Origin: an uncultured Thermococci archaeon
GTDB taxonomy: Archaea > CAYQAE01 > CAYVLA01
NCBI GenBank assembly: GCA_964549615.1
Contig: CAZJVP010000099.1
Location: 32,001-96,000 of the forward strand
Direction of reading: 5' to 3'
DNA length: 64,000 nucleotides
Shown here piece by piece: positions 19,490-29,513 of the stretch (position 1 is the first letter of the stretch; every line of letters starts with the position of its first letter). The notes beneath the pieces are model-generated. The model was given only the letters and a program-made list of their open reading frames with translations, did not search any database and was not told where the DNA came from. Position numbers and translations under genes: made by a program.

Positions 19490-20641
19490 GTGGACTTGAG
19501 GATCGCGAGGCTTGTGACTTCGTTTCCCCGCGGAGGCCTGCTGACGGGCGGCCTTTTGCCCAACATCTATCACCTTTCGACCGAGGAGATCCGCCGGGGC
19601 AACGAAACCGCGGTCTTCACGTATGGCGGTGACGGGCCGGGCCCGGAACGCGTGGGGGACGTACCGGTTTACAGGTGTGGAAGGCCAAGACTCCAGAGAC
19701 TGTTGCTTGGGCCGGCCATCCTTAGAACGATCCGCAGGACGGGCTTTCATCCCGACATAATCCACTCCATGAACGCAATGCCTCTGGGCTGGCTGTACGA
19801 CCCCTCCGCGTCTAGGAGGGTCGGCGCGCGGTGTGTGCTCTCCGTGCACACGCCCGTCAGGCAGACCGACCGGTTCGCCCCGACCCGGAGGTACGCGCAG
19901 AACGCTGAGTACGCACTCCTCCTCAGGAGGACCTCGGGGAAGGTGGACCTAAACATCGCGGTGTCGCGTTTCGTCATGCGAGAACTCGTCGCGATAGGCG
20001 TGCCGGAGGATCGCATAAGGGTGATTCCCTCGGGCCTGAACACGGACCTCTTCGTCCCCCAACCCCTGTCGTTCTCAGCCCCGTATCACAAGTTCCTCTA
20101 CGTTGGCAGGTTCGCGGCCATAAAGGGACTGGAGAACCTAGTGAAGGCCGCGGCATTGCTGCAGCAGGAGAAGGACTGCAGGAATACGCGGTTCGTCCTC
20201 GTGGGCGGCTCGAGAGATGATGACGACTACTCAAGGACGATTTCGCTCATAGCCCAATACGGATTGGAGCATCTGTTTGCGCTCTACCCACCCACGCCCC
20301 ACCGAGAGATGCCCAACTTCTACAAGAACTGCCACTGCTTCGTCCTTCCCTCGATAAGGGAGCCCCTAGGGAAGGTGCTCTTGGAGGCGATGGCCTCGAG
20401 GAGGCCCGTCGTGGCCTCTGACGCAGGCGGCATTCCGGATCTGGTGCAGCATGACAAGAACGGACTTCTTTTCCGGTCACAGGATCCCAGCTCCCTTGCC
20501 GATGCACTCTCGAGGATCATGGACGATCCGAAGCTGGCGCTGAAGATGGCCTCCAGGGGGGTCCGATTCTGCAAGGGCTTCGACTGGGCTCGAATCTCCC
20601 GCATGTACCTTGAAGCCTTCGAGGAGGTGCTGAAACGATGA
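19490..20641 (+). CDS. GT4 family glycosyltransferase
   Basis: YVGRFAAIKG, LPSIREPLGKVLLEAMAS, GGIPDLV. Confidence 0.92.
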   Translation: MDLRIARLVTSFPRGGLLTGGLLPNIYHLSTEEIRRGNETAVFTYGGDGPGPERVGDVPVYRCGRPRLQRLLLGPAILRTIRRTGFHPDIIHSMNAMPLGWLYDPSASRRVGARCVLSVHTPVRQTDRFAPTRRYAQNAEYALLLRRTSGKVDLNIAVSRFVMRELVAIGVPEDRIRVIPSGLNTDLFVPQPLSFSAPYHKFLYVGRFAAIKGLENLVKAAALLQQEKDCRNTRFVLVGGSRDDDDYSRTISLIAQYGLEHLFALYPPTPHREMPNFYKNCHCFVLPSIREPLGKVLLEAMASRRPVVASDAGGIPDLVQHDKNGLLFRSQDPSSLADALSRIMDDPKLALKMASRGVRFCKGFDWARISRMYLEAFEEVLKR

Positions 20642-21312
20642 TCCAAGAACCTCGCAAGACAGGCTTGCTCAGAATCGCATCTGGGATCAGGACCCGTCTT
20701 GTGCTCAGGGGCATTGGCAGCTTCGGCCCAGGGTCATCGATCGGCGCGGGCGTCAGAATCTACAACAAGAGGCTGGTCCGGATCGGCTCGCACACAAGGA
20801 TCGATGACTACGTTTGCCTCAATGGCCTCGGCGAGAACGGGCTGACCATCGGCTCCCGATGCCAGGTGCGCTTCGGCTGCCTGATCGATTGCTGGAAAGG
20901 CAAGGGAATCCGGATCGGAGACGACACGTTCATCGGGCCGCTGTCCGTCATTCAGGGACAAGGCGGCACGAGCATAGGATCGCGTTGCCTGATCGGTGGA
21001 CATGCCTACATCGTCCCTGCCAGCCACGTATTCTCGGACCCGTCGAGGCCGATTCAAGATCAGGGGGAAACCCGCAAGGGCATAACGATAGAGGACGATG
21101 TCTGGACGGGCTGCGGGGTGAGGATCCTCGACGGGGTGAGGATAGGCAGGGGGAGCGTCATTGGCGCTGGGAGCGTGGTGACCCGCGATATCCCGCCAAT
21201 GTCCGTTGCCTACGGCGTTCCAGCTAGAATCCGGAGAAAACGCGGCCAGGAAGGGCCAGACTCACCGTCAGGAGTCTCCAAACCGAATAGAGGCACAGAA
21301 CTCCAACGATGA
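20638..21312 (+). CDS. Hexapeptide-repeat (left-handed beta-helix) acyltransferase
   Basis: IGxxxxIG repeats, ITIEDDVW, IGAGSVVTRDIPP...GVPAR. ATGA coupling. Confidence 0.92.
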   Translation: MIQEPRKTGLLRIASGIRTRLVLRGIGSFGPGSSIGAGVRIYNKRLVRIGSHTRIDDYVCLNGLGENGLTIGSRCQVRFGCLIDCWKGKGIRIGDDTFIGPLSVIQGQGGTSIGSRCLIGGHAYIVPASHVFSDPSRPIQDQGETRKGITIEDDVWTGCGVRILDGVRIGRGSVIGAGSVVTRDIPPMSVAYGVPARIRRKRGQEGPDSPSGVSKPNRGTELQR

Positions 21313-22708
21313 CCGAGAGCATGAGCGATACACGGGCATGAATGAGCACGGGATTGGGTTCCTCCACGACGAGTTCCATCCTCGCTATGACAAGCTCGGA
21401 TCGGGTTGCCGAGGAGACCTTCAGCGGAACCTGAATCATCTTGAAGTTCTCCGGGCTCAAACGAACGTAGTCCGCGAGCGGGTCGGCGATATCGATGGTA
21501 CAGGACCCGCCGATCGGAATTTCCCCGGAAAAGTAGTTGTTTGTCCGGCCAACGTCAATACTGAATGGTCCGAGATATTCGTGCTCGCCGGCAACCGTCA
21601 CACACGGACTCTCCTTGACGGAAGACCAACCCTTCCCGGCTGCGAACACGAGGCTATGGCCCCCCGTCGCATTCGAGGCGAACCATATGTATGAGCTTGG
21701 CGCACCCGAGGATAGCACGATCCAGATCCTAGATCCCCCGAAAAGTAGGAAGGGGGAGGAAAGCTTGAAGCTTAGCCAGCGGGGAGCCAAGCCAAGATCG
21801 CCAGGTGCTGCCGTAGCCCGGAAAAGCGGATCCCCGCCGGGACGGCCGGCCTCGTCACGGTAGGCGGAAAGAGTCAGGTCCATCCCCGGGTTGGCGACCG
21901 CCCCCACCAAGACCTCAAGCCCACCGATAGCGTAGGTCCGGTTGAGCTCAAGACCGTGGGCGGCGAAGTGATCGGCGGAGACTAGGAAACCGCGGTCGCC
22001 GGTCGTGTCGGTGACCGACAGCAGCGGTGAAAGCGGACGGGTCACGGTCGAGTTTAAGGTTACCTTTCCGACCAGCACCCGGGCCCTCCTGGGAACGGCG
22101 ACCTCGACCCGGTCCGGGCTGGCGCTGGTTGGCCTCATCAGCCTCCCCGTCAGGTTCGAGGCAGAGGATACGTCTTCGACAACTTTTCGCGGCGGGTATC
22201 CGAGCTGGACCAAGCCGACCGAAAGGATCGCCACGACGCACACCAATCCGATCAAGACCGACCTTGCCCGGGGTCGACTGCCCACGCCCGCCAGCCGAAT
22301 TCCCCGCGAGTAGGCGAAAAACACGATGGCGATGGCAAGAAGGGCCACCTGGAACCCTATCATGTTGTAGGGATGGGAATGGCCCACCGCGGAGGCGAAC
22401 TGCCTAACCCCGGCGACCCTAAAGACCAGCGAAACTAGGCTTGTGCCTGCCTGCTTCGCACGCGAGGCGATGGGGATGAGGCCATCCGAAACGACGGTCG
22501 TGGCGCTCTGGGCAATGCGCGACAACGACCATTCCAGCGCTCTTACTGCGAAGGAGAAAGCCAACCCCATCATCTCCGCTGCCAGGCGAGCTGCCTCTGT
22601 GAAGCGGCTGATTGATGGCCTGACAGAAAAGGCGAACAGGGCCGGAAACCAGACCCCGTTCAAAGCGCGCACTGGAGAAGCTGCTCGGCTTCGAAACACT
22701 AGGATCAC
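21224..22708 (-). CDS. Membrane-anchored surface protein with a choice-of-anchor-R-like beta domain
   Basis: Two central TM segments, LSAYRDEAGRPGGDPL...WLSF...WIVLSS, and a C-terminal TM. Start is uncertain. Confidence 0.65.
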   Translation of the reverse strand: MILVFRSRAASPVRALNGVWFPALFAFSVRPSISRFTEAARLAAEMMGLAFSFAVRALEWSLSRIAQSATTVVSDGLIPIASRAKQAGTSLVSLVFRVAGVRQFASAVGHSHPYNMIGFQVALLAIAIVFFAYSRGIRLAGVGSRPRARSVLIGLVCVVAILSVGLVQLGYPPRKVVEDVSSASNLTGRLMRPTSASPDRVEVAVPRRARVLVGKVTLNSTVTRPLSPLLSVTDTTGDRGFLVSADHFAAHGLELNRTYAIGGLEVLVGAVANPGMDLTLSAYRDEAGRPGGDPLFRATAAPGDLGLAPRWLSFKLSSPFLLFGGSRIWIVLSSGAPSSYIWFASNATGGHSLVFAAGKGWSSVKESPCVTVAGEHEYLGPFSIDVGRTNNYFSGEIPIGGSCTIDIADPLADYVRLSPENFKMIQVPLKVSSATRSELVIARMELVVEEPNPVLIHARVSLMLSVIVGVLCLYSVWRLLTVSLALPGRVFSGF

Positions 22709-22889
22709 TCAGCCCATCAGAGGCATGCTCTGCATGTCGGGTGTTCCGAAACCTTTTAAACTCTTCCACCCTCCCCGGGATGGCCTCCGGATGAGCTTCC
22801 GCGCCAGACGATGACGCGCAACAAAGCACGAAGTGCGGTTGCGACTGAATCTTATTACCGAGGAAAAACAACGAAAGGCTGGTCTGAGC

Positions 22890-23933
22890 TTGGCCAAAAT
22901 ACTAATAGGGGTTCACACGCCTTTCCAAGTAAATTTCTTCGAGGGTCTGGTGAGGCGCCTCGGCGACGGGCACGATTTCCTTTTCGCAGCCCGGAATCGT
23001 GACGCAACGGTTGAGATGCTGAGGGCAAAGGGCTTGCCTTTCGTGGACGTAGGGGGATACTCCGGCCGTGACCTGGGTGAGAAACTGAGGGAGTATGCCC
23101 ATGGGGTTTCGGAGATAGGCACGATAGTGGATGAGTTCCGGCCGGACATCATGGTGACGGAGCGCTATCCCTCTGCCTGCAGGGCCTGCTACCTAAAGGG
23201 CGTCCCCTACTGGACGGTCTTCAACGACGAGCGGGAACACCACGTAAACCACCTCACCCACCCGACGGCATCAAGGGTATTCGTCCCATCGTTCTACAGG
23301 AACGAGGACCTGTCCGCCCACGGGGTCTACGATCCGGACAGGATCGTGTGGTTCGACGGGCTGATCACGTGCTACCTCAAGGATTTCCGTAGGCCCTCCG
23401 GAAACCCCTTCCTTAGCGTCCAGGGCTACCGAGAAGGGTTGCCCACGGTACTGATCAGGCCGGAGTTCGAGTTCTCGGTCTTTTTCGAGGGGTACAAACC
23501 CGTGCTGCCGAGGATCGCCTCAGGACTCATCCGTTCCATCGATGCCAACGTAGTCGTGTTCCCCCGGACCCCGGACCAGCGGAAGAGATTCGGGAGGATC
23601 GGCGCCCTGACGGTCGACAAGCCCTTCGAAGACACGCCGGTCGCCTTCGCCGACCTCGTCATGGGATGCGCTGAATCCATGCTGTGCGAGGCCTTCACGA
23701 TAGGCACGCCGGCCTTGAGTTCGATCTACTGGTCGCTCACGGCTCCGATGAGGCTCCTGCACAGGTACATACCGCACACGACGGACCCTGACGAGGCGAT
23801 CGCAGTTGCGAAGAAGCTTCTCTTCGACAAGGAGACGATTCAAAGCTACAAGGAGACATCAAGCAGGGTGATCGGCGCGATGGAGAACCCGATAGACAAG
23901 ATTTCCGACCAACTGAGCCTTCTTTTGGGCTGA
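22890..23933 (+). CDS. DUF354-family (GT-B-like) protein
   Basis: HTPFQVNFF, FAARNRD, FNDERE, VLIRPE, VVFPRTPDQR, SMLCEAFTIGTPALS. Confidence 0.8.
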   Translation: MAKILIGVHTPFQVNFFEGLVRRLGDGHDFLFAARNRDATVEMLRAKGLPFVDVGGYSGRDLGEKLREYAHGVSEIGTIVDEFRPDIMVTERYPSACRACYLKGVPYWTVFNDEREHHVNHLTHPTASRVFVPSFYRNEDLSAHGVYDPDRIVWFDGLITCYLKDFRRPSGNPFLSVQGYREGLPTVLIRPEFEFSVFFEGYKPVLPRIASGLIRSIDANVVVFPRTPDQRKRFGRIGALTVDKPFEDTPVAFADLVMGCAESMLCEAFTIGTPALSSIYWSLTAPMRLLHRYIPHTTDPDEAIAVAKKLLFDKETIQSYKETSSRVIGAMENPIDKISDQLSLLLG

Positions 23934-24132
23934 ACCGTGCGCCACGCAGGGAATCGATCGCAGTTGGCTGAGAGCTCTGCAGGCCTGGATCTCAACCGAA
24001 GAAACCTTGATCGCCGGCCTCCACGAGTGAGCCCACCTTCCAAACGGCTACCAATGCTTGAATGACGCCAAGGGCGCGGATCAAGAAGCTTTTAATCCTA
24101 CAGAACGCTTATCGGGGTTCGCGGGTCATTCG

Positions 24133-25101
24133 ATGGCAAGGATCTGGCTGGATGCAACGGGGATCAGGCAGGCAAACATGCTGTCGGTCTTGGCAAAGTC
24201 CCTATCCGAGCGGGCGGAGATCCTAGCCACCACGTCGGCAGATCCCAGGCCTGCGAGGGTTTTCAGGTTCCTCCACATGTCGACAAACCGGGTCGTGGGG
24301 AAGGGGAGGGACCCGCTTCAGCGGTACGCACGCCGAATCCTGCGGCTATCAAGGGAGATAGAGCACTACAAGCCGGACCTGCTCATCTCCGACCTCGACT
24401 CGGCGGCGGTTCGCACGGCATTTGGGCTCGGCATCCCGACCTGGACGATCTACACGAGCGAGCCGGGACCCAACGGGCTCGATGCGAAACGCATGAGCTA
24501 CCCCCTCTGCGAGAAGATCTTTGCCTCAAGCCTGATCCCCAAGGAGAAGCTCGTCCAGGAAGGCATCCCCCGAGACCGGTTGGTCCACTTCAACGGGCTC
24601 AACGAGTGCTACATCAGGTCGATCGAGAGGAAGAGCGGATCACGCCCGCGCGTTCTCGTGAGGCCGAACGGACACGATTCGGCTCGCTGGGTCAGGAATG
24701 TCGCCGCGAAGATCCTCCGCGAGGTCGAGGATTCCCAGCTGACCGTCCTCGGCAAGCTCCCGGCCCGGGGCGTGGCCCGGGCAACGAGGTCTGGAAAGGT
24801 CCGGTTCCTTGAATTCATCCCACACCCGCCGGTCTTGAACCAGGACCTCTTCATCGGCTACGGGAGGATGCTCGCCGAGTCCTTCGTGGTCGGAATCCCG
24901 ACGATCCGCACGACCAACGACAACTACCCGGATCTTTCCATGGTGTATTCGCAGCAACCTCTGATCACGGACCCGGATGAGATATCGGAGGCATCGGTTT
25001 CCATGCTCAGAGAAAGAAGGGCACCAAGGCCCGTCTCCGGCCTCGAATCCCCCATCGCCGCGGTGACCAAGGCGCTCCTGAAGCGTGGTTTGATCTCGTA
25101 G
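24133..25101 (+). CDS. DUF354-family protein (tandem paralog)
   Basis: RIWLDA, AVRTAFGLGIP, FNGLNECY, VLVRP, MLAESFVVGIPTI. Confidence 0.75.
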   Translation: MARIWLDATGIRQANMLSVLAKSLSERAEILATTSADPRPARVFRFLHMSTNRVVGKGRDPLQRYARRILRLSREIEHYKPDLLISDLDSAAVRTAFGLGIPTWTIYTSEPGPNGLDAKRMSYPLCEKIFASSLIPKEKLVQEGIPRDRLVHFNGLNECYIRSIERKSGSRPRVLVRPNGHDSARWVRNVAAKILREVEDSQLTVLGKLPARGVARATRSGKVRFLEFIPHPPVLNQDLFIGYGRMLAESFVVGIPTIRTTNDNYPDLSMVYSQQPLITDPDEISEASVSMLRERRAPRPVSGLESPIAAVTKALLKRGLIS

Positions 25102-25429
25102 GGGATGACCCCTCCCTCCAGCCAGTAGAAGGAAGGTCCTGAAGGAGCTCGGTTGGGAACGGCCGGAACTGGGTGGAAGCCGGATCTCAGGCGGCCTGCA
25201 CAGAGCCAGAGCTGCTAGGCTCTGCTTGGCAGACACCGCTTTGAGCGTTCGCAGAGTTTGAGTTGGGAGGTGGAAACGAAGGTGCCGATCGTCTCCGTCA
25301 GCCATCCATATCCCCGCGGCAAGGCTCTCGCCGAGGCCATCTAGCTCAATCACGAGGTTTCCATTCCAGTTCATCCGCTACATTCACTTGGAAGGATTAA
25401 TATCCGAGAATCCACTGGGGTCCCCTGCC

Positions 25430-26290
25430 TTGGAGGGCGGAAACCGATCCCTTTTCCAGCGCGCGATGACCTTCGTCCTAGCATGCATCGCGCTCGGGCT
25501 GCCGGAGATCGCCTCCATACAAGTACCCGTCAGCGCCACAGTGCTCAACGCGCCGCCCAGGGTCCTGTCCGTGGCCGTTCGAGACGCGTCCGTGGACCCG
25601 AGATCCCCCTTTGTCATCGTGGTTGAGGTGGAGGACAACAACACCCTTTACGACGTTCGCGAAGTCCGCGTCGAGCTTGCTTGCACCGCGGTCGATCTCA
25701 CGGTCACTGTGGTCTGGACCCCGGAAGGATTCGACGTGCTTGAAGGTCCGGGCGAGATCTCAACATATGCGTGCAAGGTCCCGGCCAACCTTGGTTCGCC
25801 AAACGGCACGTGGGCTTTCGCGGCCATACTGCGGGGCGATGCCCCAGCCGGGTCGTGGCTGGTCCGAGCGCTGGTCTGCGACGAGGAGTCTTGCGCTGAA
25901 GCATCGACTGTCATCTCGGTGAACACGTACGTTTCGATCGCGATAGCCGACCCGGCTGGCCTGAACCTAACCTCGGTTCGGGCCGGAGGCTACAGTGCGA
26001 CTGCGCTCAACGTCATCTACACTTCGAACGCTGACGTCGACCTACTCATGTCCTCAACCGGGTTCGTCGGGGTCGAGCAGGACAGCTTCAGACTCCCGCC
26101 CTCGGCCTTCGCCGCGTGGGTTGGAGCGAACCGCCCCACCCAGCTTTCGGCGGAGCCCAAGCTGATTGCGTCGAGGCTCCCTCGCGGCAGCGTAACCCCT
26201 CTCAGGGTGGCGCTTTCGGTCACCGTGCCGCAGCCATTCTACGACCAGGAGTACAGGGGCTTGATCACGGTGACTTTGCGGGCATCGTAG
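25430..26290 (+). CDS. Secreted beta-rich (Ig-like) hypothetical protein
   Basis: Signal peptide MTFVLACIALGL, VSATVLNAPP, beta-rich body ending YRGLITVTL. Resembles the N-terminus of the 1701-aa protein. GATTAATAT upstream suggests the TTG 25430 start. Confidence 0.75.
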   Translation: MEGGNRSLFQRAMTFVLACIALGLPEIASIQVPVSATVLNAPPRVLSVAVRDASVDPRSPFVIVVEVEDNNTLYDVREVRVELACTAVDLTVTVVWTPEGFDVLEGPGEISTYACKVPANLGSPNGTWAFAAILRGDAPAGSWLVRALVCDEESCAEASTVISVNTYVSIAIADPAGLNLTSVRAGGYSATALNVIYTSNADVDLLMSSTGFVGVEQDSFRLPPSAFAAWVGANRPTQLSAEPKLIASRLPRGSVTPLRVALSVTVPQPFYDQEYRGLITVTLRAS

Positions 26291-26488
26291 GGCATCCTGA
26301 ATCCTTTAACCCCGGATAGACTCCAGCCTTTTTTCGCAAGGCTTCTCACCTACAGGCATATGGGATGCAGCGCGGAGACATCCCCGCCAGTCCACGCATG
26401 AAAGGTCAGCGCCCGGCTTGGGGAGTCCCCGTCGCCCTGCCGCCGATTCGTTGAGTCTGGGGCGCGGCTCGCGGCCCGGTGGGAATGG

Positions 26489-26494
26489 CTTAAG
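26489..26494 (+). promoter_or_regulatory. Archaeal TATA-like box
   Basis: CTTAAG 25 nt upstream of ATG 26520. Confidence 0.45.
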
Positions 26495-26519
26495 AAGGCG
26501 GCCGTCGAGCCTAGGGTGA

Positions 26520-27668
26520 ATGAAGATCGCTCGGATCACCGAGAGGTACCCTGCGCAATCCAAGGAGATCAATAGGGGTCTGATCCCCAACGTCCACTAC
26601 CTCTCCAAGTTCCAAAGCGAGATGGGGGACCAGGTCACCATCTACACCGTGCGGGAGCCCGGCCAACCCGCGCACCAGCGGGAAGGCTCGGTCGAGGTCG
26701 TCAGGATTAAGAAACCCCCCATGACGCGCACTTTCATGGGACTTAGGATCTGTCAGGCGATCCGAAAATCGGGCCAGCGGCCTGACGTCGTCCATTCGCT
26801 GAATCCGCTGCCGCTTGGATGGCTATTTTCGAGGGCGCGGAAGATCCTTCCCGCAAAGTACGTCATGTCCGTGCATGCCTCCATAGACAGCCGGACGCAG
26901 ATCGCGGGGTGGCCCTCACCTAGGAAGCTCTACGTGCAGGAGTTCAGAAGGCTTGCTGCCGAGCTGGCAAGAGCGGTGGATCTGGTTCTGCCCGTATCTC
27001 GTTTCATTCGAAAGGAACTGATGGCAACCGGGGTAGACCCCAGGATGATGAGAGTCATCCCTTCTGGGGTCGAGACGGACCTTTTCACCCCCAGAGAGCT
27101 GCGTTCCGGCGAGGCAAGAAGCATCCTCTACGTGGGAAGGTTCTCCTCTGGGAAGGGCATACCCCACCTTCTGCACGCGTTTCACGTCCTCGAAAGGAGG
27201 CATGACCTCAAACTGACCCTCGCTGGTGGAACCACCGAGGACGACGGGTACCGAGAAGTGCTCTCCGAGATAGCGAGACTGGGCCTCGGCAAGAACGTGG
27301 AGATCCGGCCCCCGGTCCCCCACACCATGCTGCCCGAGTTGTACCGCTCCAGCGACATCGTCGTGCTACCTTCAGATAAGGAGGCGCTCGGGAAGGTTCT
27401 TCTCGAAGCAATGGCCTGCTCGGTGCCGGTGATTGCCTCAAGCAGCGGTGGGGTCGCAGATATCGTCGATGATGGCAAGACGGGGATCCTCGTACCGTGC
27501 CGGGATGCCCGGTCCCTTGCCGATGCCTTGGACTTGCTCATAAGGGATGATCGCCTGCGACGCAGAATGGGCCTGGCAGCCCGAAGGAAGGCGGAGGAGT
27601 TCGACTGGAAGATCGTGGCCCGCCGTTACACCGAGGCTTTCGAGTCCGTCTGCGGGCGGGGTGGATGA
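26520..27668 (+). CDS. GT4 family glycosyltransferase (paralog of 19490..20641)
   Basis: DVVHSLNPLPLGWL, RVIPSG, YVGRF, LPSDKEALGKVLLEAMA. Confidence 0.92.
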   Translation: MKIARITERYPAQSKEINRGLIPNVHYLSKFQSEMGDQVTIYTVREPGQPAHQREGSVEVVRIKKPPMTRTFMGLRICQAIRKSGQRPDVVHSLNPLPLGWLFSRARKILPAKYVMSVHASIDSRTQIAGWPSPRKLYVQEFRRLAAELARAVDLVLPVSRFIRKELMATGVDPRMMRVIPSGVETDLFTPRELRSGEARSILYVGRFSSGKGIPHLLHAFHVLERRHDLKLTLAGGTTEDDGYREVLSEIARLGLGKNVEIRPPVPHTMLPELYRSSDIVVLPSDKEALGKVLLEAMACSVPVIASSSGGVADIVDDGKTGILVPCRDARSLADALDLLIRDDRLRRRMGLAARRKAEEFDWKIVARRYTEAFESVCGRGG

Positions 27669-27730
27669 AACAACGTTAAATCCATCCGGTCGCCTGGTCA
27701 TCCACGACATGGTACATTCAGGGACGGGTT

Positions 27731-27744
27731 GCGAATCTTAATAA
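27731..27744 (+). promoter_or_regulatory. Archaeal BRE/TATA promoter
   Basis: GCGAAT-CTTAATAA ends 24 nt before ATG 27769. Confidence 0.6.
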
Positions 27745-27768
27745 GACGGCGTCAGGTAAGCGCGAAAC

Positions 27769-28770
27769 ATGCCTTACGACCGGGTGTTGGTGACCGGAGG
27801 GCTCGGATTCATCGGGTCCGTCGTCTCCGAGCGGTTCCTTCAGCAGGGCTCCGAGGTCACCGTCCTCGACTCCATGATCTCGAACGTGATCGAGCCGGAA
27901 TCCCTCTTGGACCGCTATCCAAAGGCAAGGGTCGTCTTCTCCTCTGTAGAGGAGTTCTTCACGGACGGAGCCGGGGTGCCCGGCCATGACCTAGTCATCC
28001 ATGCCGCAAGCTTCGTCGGGCCCGCATCCATCGTCCAATACCAGGGCGCGGTTGGACATAGCATCGTCTCGGATGCCGCGAAGATCATCAAGGCCTGCCT
28101 GGCCTGGGACATCCCCCTGGTCTTCATATCCTCGGCCGAGGTCTACGGAAGGAGCGGAATCCTGAGCGAGGACTCGGAAATCCGCGTCCCCCCGTACTAT
28201 AACGCCCGCATCGAGTATGCGCTGGCCAAGCTGACCAGCGAGGCCATGGTCGTGAACAGCCATGCGCAGGGGCTGAGAGCGGTTGTGGTTAGACCCTTCA
28301 ACGTCGCGGGGCCACGCCAGAGCCGTGCAGGAGGCTTCGTCATGCCCACGTTCGTCCAGCAGGCTTTGGGCAACAAGCCTCTGACCGTGTTTGGGACAGG
28401 CATGCAGAAGAGAGCGTTCCTAGGAGTTCGGGACCTCGCTGACTTCTTCGCTGGATACGTGGCCGACGGCACGTTCGACACCCCCAAGATCTACAATGTC
28501 GGGAACCCAAAGAACGCCACGACCATCGAGGATCTCGCGCGTCGGATAATTGAACTCCTCGACAGCAAGTCGCAGATCGTCCATGTCAACCCGCAGTCCG
28601 TCTACGGTCCCCTCTACTACGAGGCTGAGAGCTTCGAGAAGCTGCCAGACATAAGCAACGCCTCGGCGCTGGGCTGGTCGCCAAAGCAAGGCTTGGACGA
28701 GATCATCCTGGAGACCGCCGAATTCTACCGCCACAACCGGGATACACGTGGGGCAGATGCTCGCAGTTAG
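27769..28770 (+). CDS. NAD-dependent epimerase/dehydratase (extended SDR)
   Basis: VLVTGGLGFIGS, SSAEVYG, YALAK, RPFNVAGPRQ. Confidence 0.92.
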   Translation: MPYDRVLVTGGLGFIGSVVSERFLQQGSEVTVLDSMISNVIEPESLLDRYPKARVVFSSVEEFFTDGAGVPGHDLVIHAASFVGPASIVQYQGAVGHSIVSDAAKIIKACLAWDIPLVFISSAEVYGRSGILSEDSEIRVPPYYNARIEYALAKLTSEAMVVNSHAQGLRAVVVRPFNVAGPRQSRAGGFVMPTFVQQALGNKPLTVFGTGMQKRAFLGVRDLADFFAGYVADGTFDTPKIYNVGNPKNATTIEDLARRIIELLDSKSQIVHVNPQSVYGPLYYEAESFEKLPDISNASALGWSPKQGLDEIILETAEFYRHNRDTRGADARS

Positions 28771-29452
28771 GCCGATCCGCTCGGTACTCGTTGTGGCGCC
28801 CCACGCCGACGACGAAGCCGTGGGGGCAGGCGGCCTGATCGCCAAGCTGACGAATTCAGACGTCTCGGTCAGGGTCTTGTTCATGGCTGTGGACGGTTTT
28901 CACCACTACGGCATCGAGCGGAACACGACGCTCGCAGAGAGGAAGCAGGAGATCGAGAAGGCCTCCGCAACCTTGGGATTCGAATACAGGATCGTCTACG
29001 AGGGGCGTGACCTAATGGAGAAGCTGGACACAGTCCCCCAAAGGGACCTAGTCGATCTGTACGAAAGCGAGCTGAACGAGCACCGGCCAGACATGGTGCT
29101 TCTGCCCCACGGCATGGACTTCGACCAAGACCATGTCGCGTGCTTCAGGGCGGCTCTCGCGGCGACAAGGCCCATACCTGAGGGCCTTGGCAAACACTTC
29201 CCTGCCAAGGTGCTGACGTACGAGATGCCCAAGCTGGTCTGGTCCGAACAACCCTTCCGGCCCACGGTTTACTGGGACATAACGAGGGAGATCGATGTTA
29301 AACTTAGAGCCGTCGCGAGTTACACCAGCCAGCTCAGGAAACCTCCACACATCCGCAGCCCGGAGAACATCAGATGCCTAGCGCGCCTAAGAGGGAGCGA
29401 GATCGGAGTGGAATTTGCTGAGGCCTATCACGCTCTGAGATGGGTAGTATAG
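28748..29452 (+). CDS. PIG-L/LmbE family deacetylase
   Basis: VVAPHADDE, DQDH, KLRAVASYTSQ, ARLRG...AEAY. Confidence 0.88.
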   Translation: MGQMLAVRPIRSVLVVAPHADDEAVGAGGLIAKLTNSDVSVRVLFMAVDGFHHYGIERNTTLAERKQEIEKASATLGFEYRIVYEGRDLMEKLDTVPQRDLVDLYESELNEHRPDMVLLPHGMDFDQDHVACFRAALAATRPIPEGLGKHFPAKVLTYEMPKLVWSEQPFRPTVYWDITREIDVKLRAVASYTSQLRKPPHIRSPENIRCLARLRGSEIGVEFAEAYHALRWVV

Positions 29453-29513
29453 CCAGTCTTTGAGTCCTAGGGCCGGGCTCCGGGCGGAGCTAGATAAGCA
29501 GGAAGGGCCGGTC

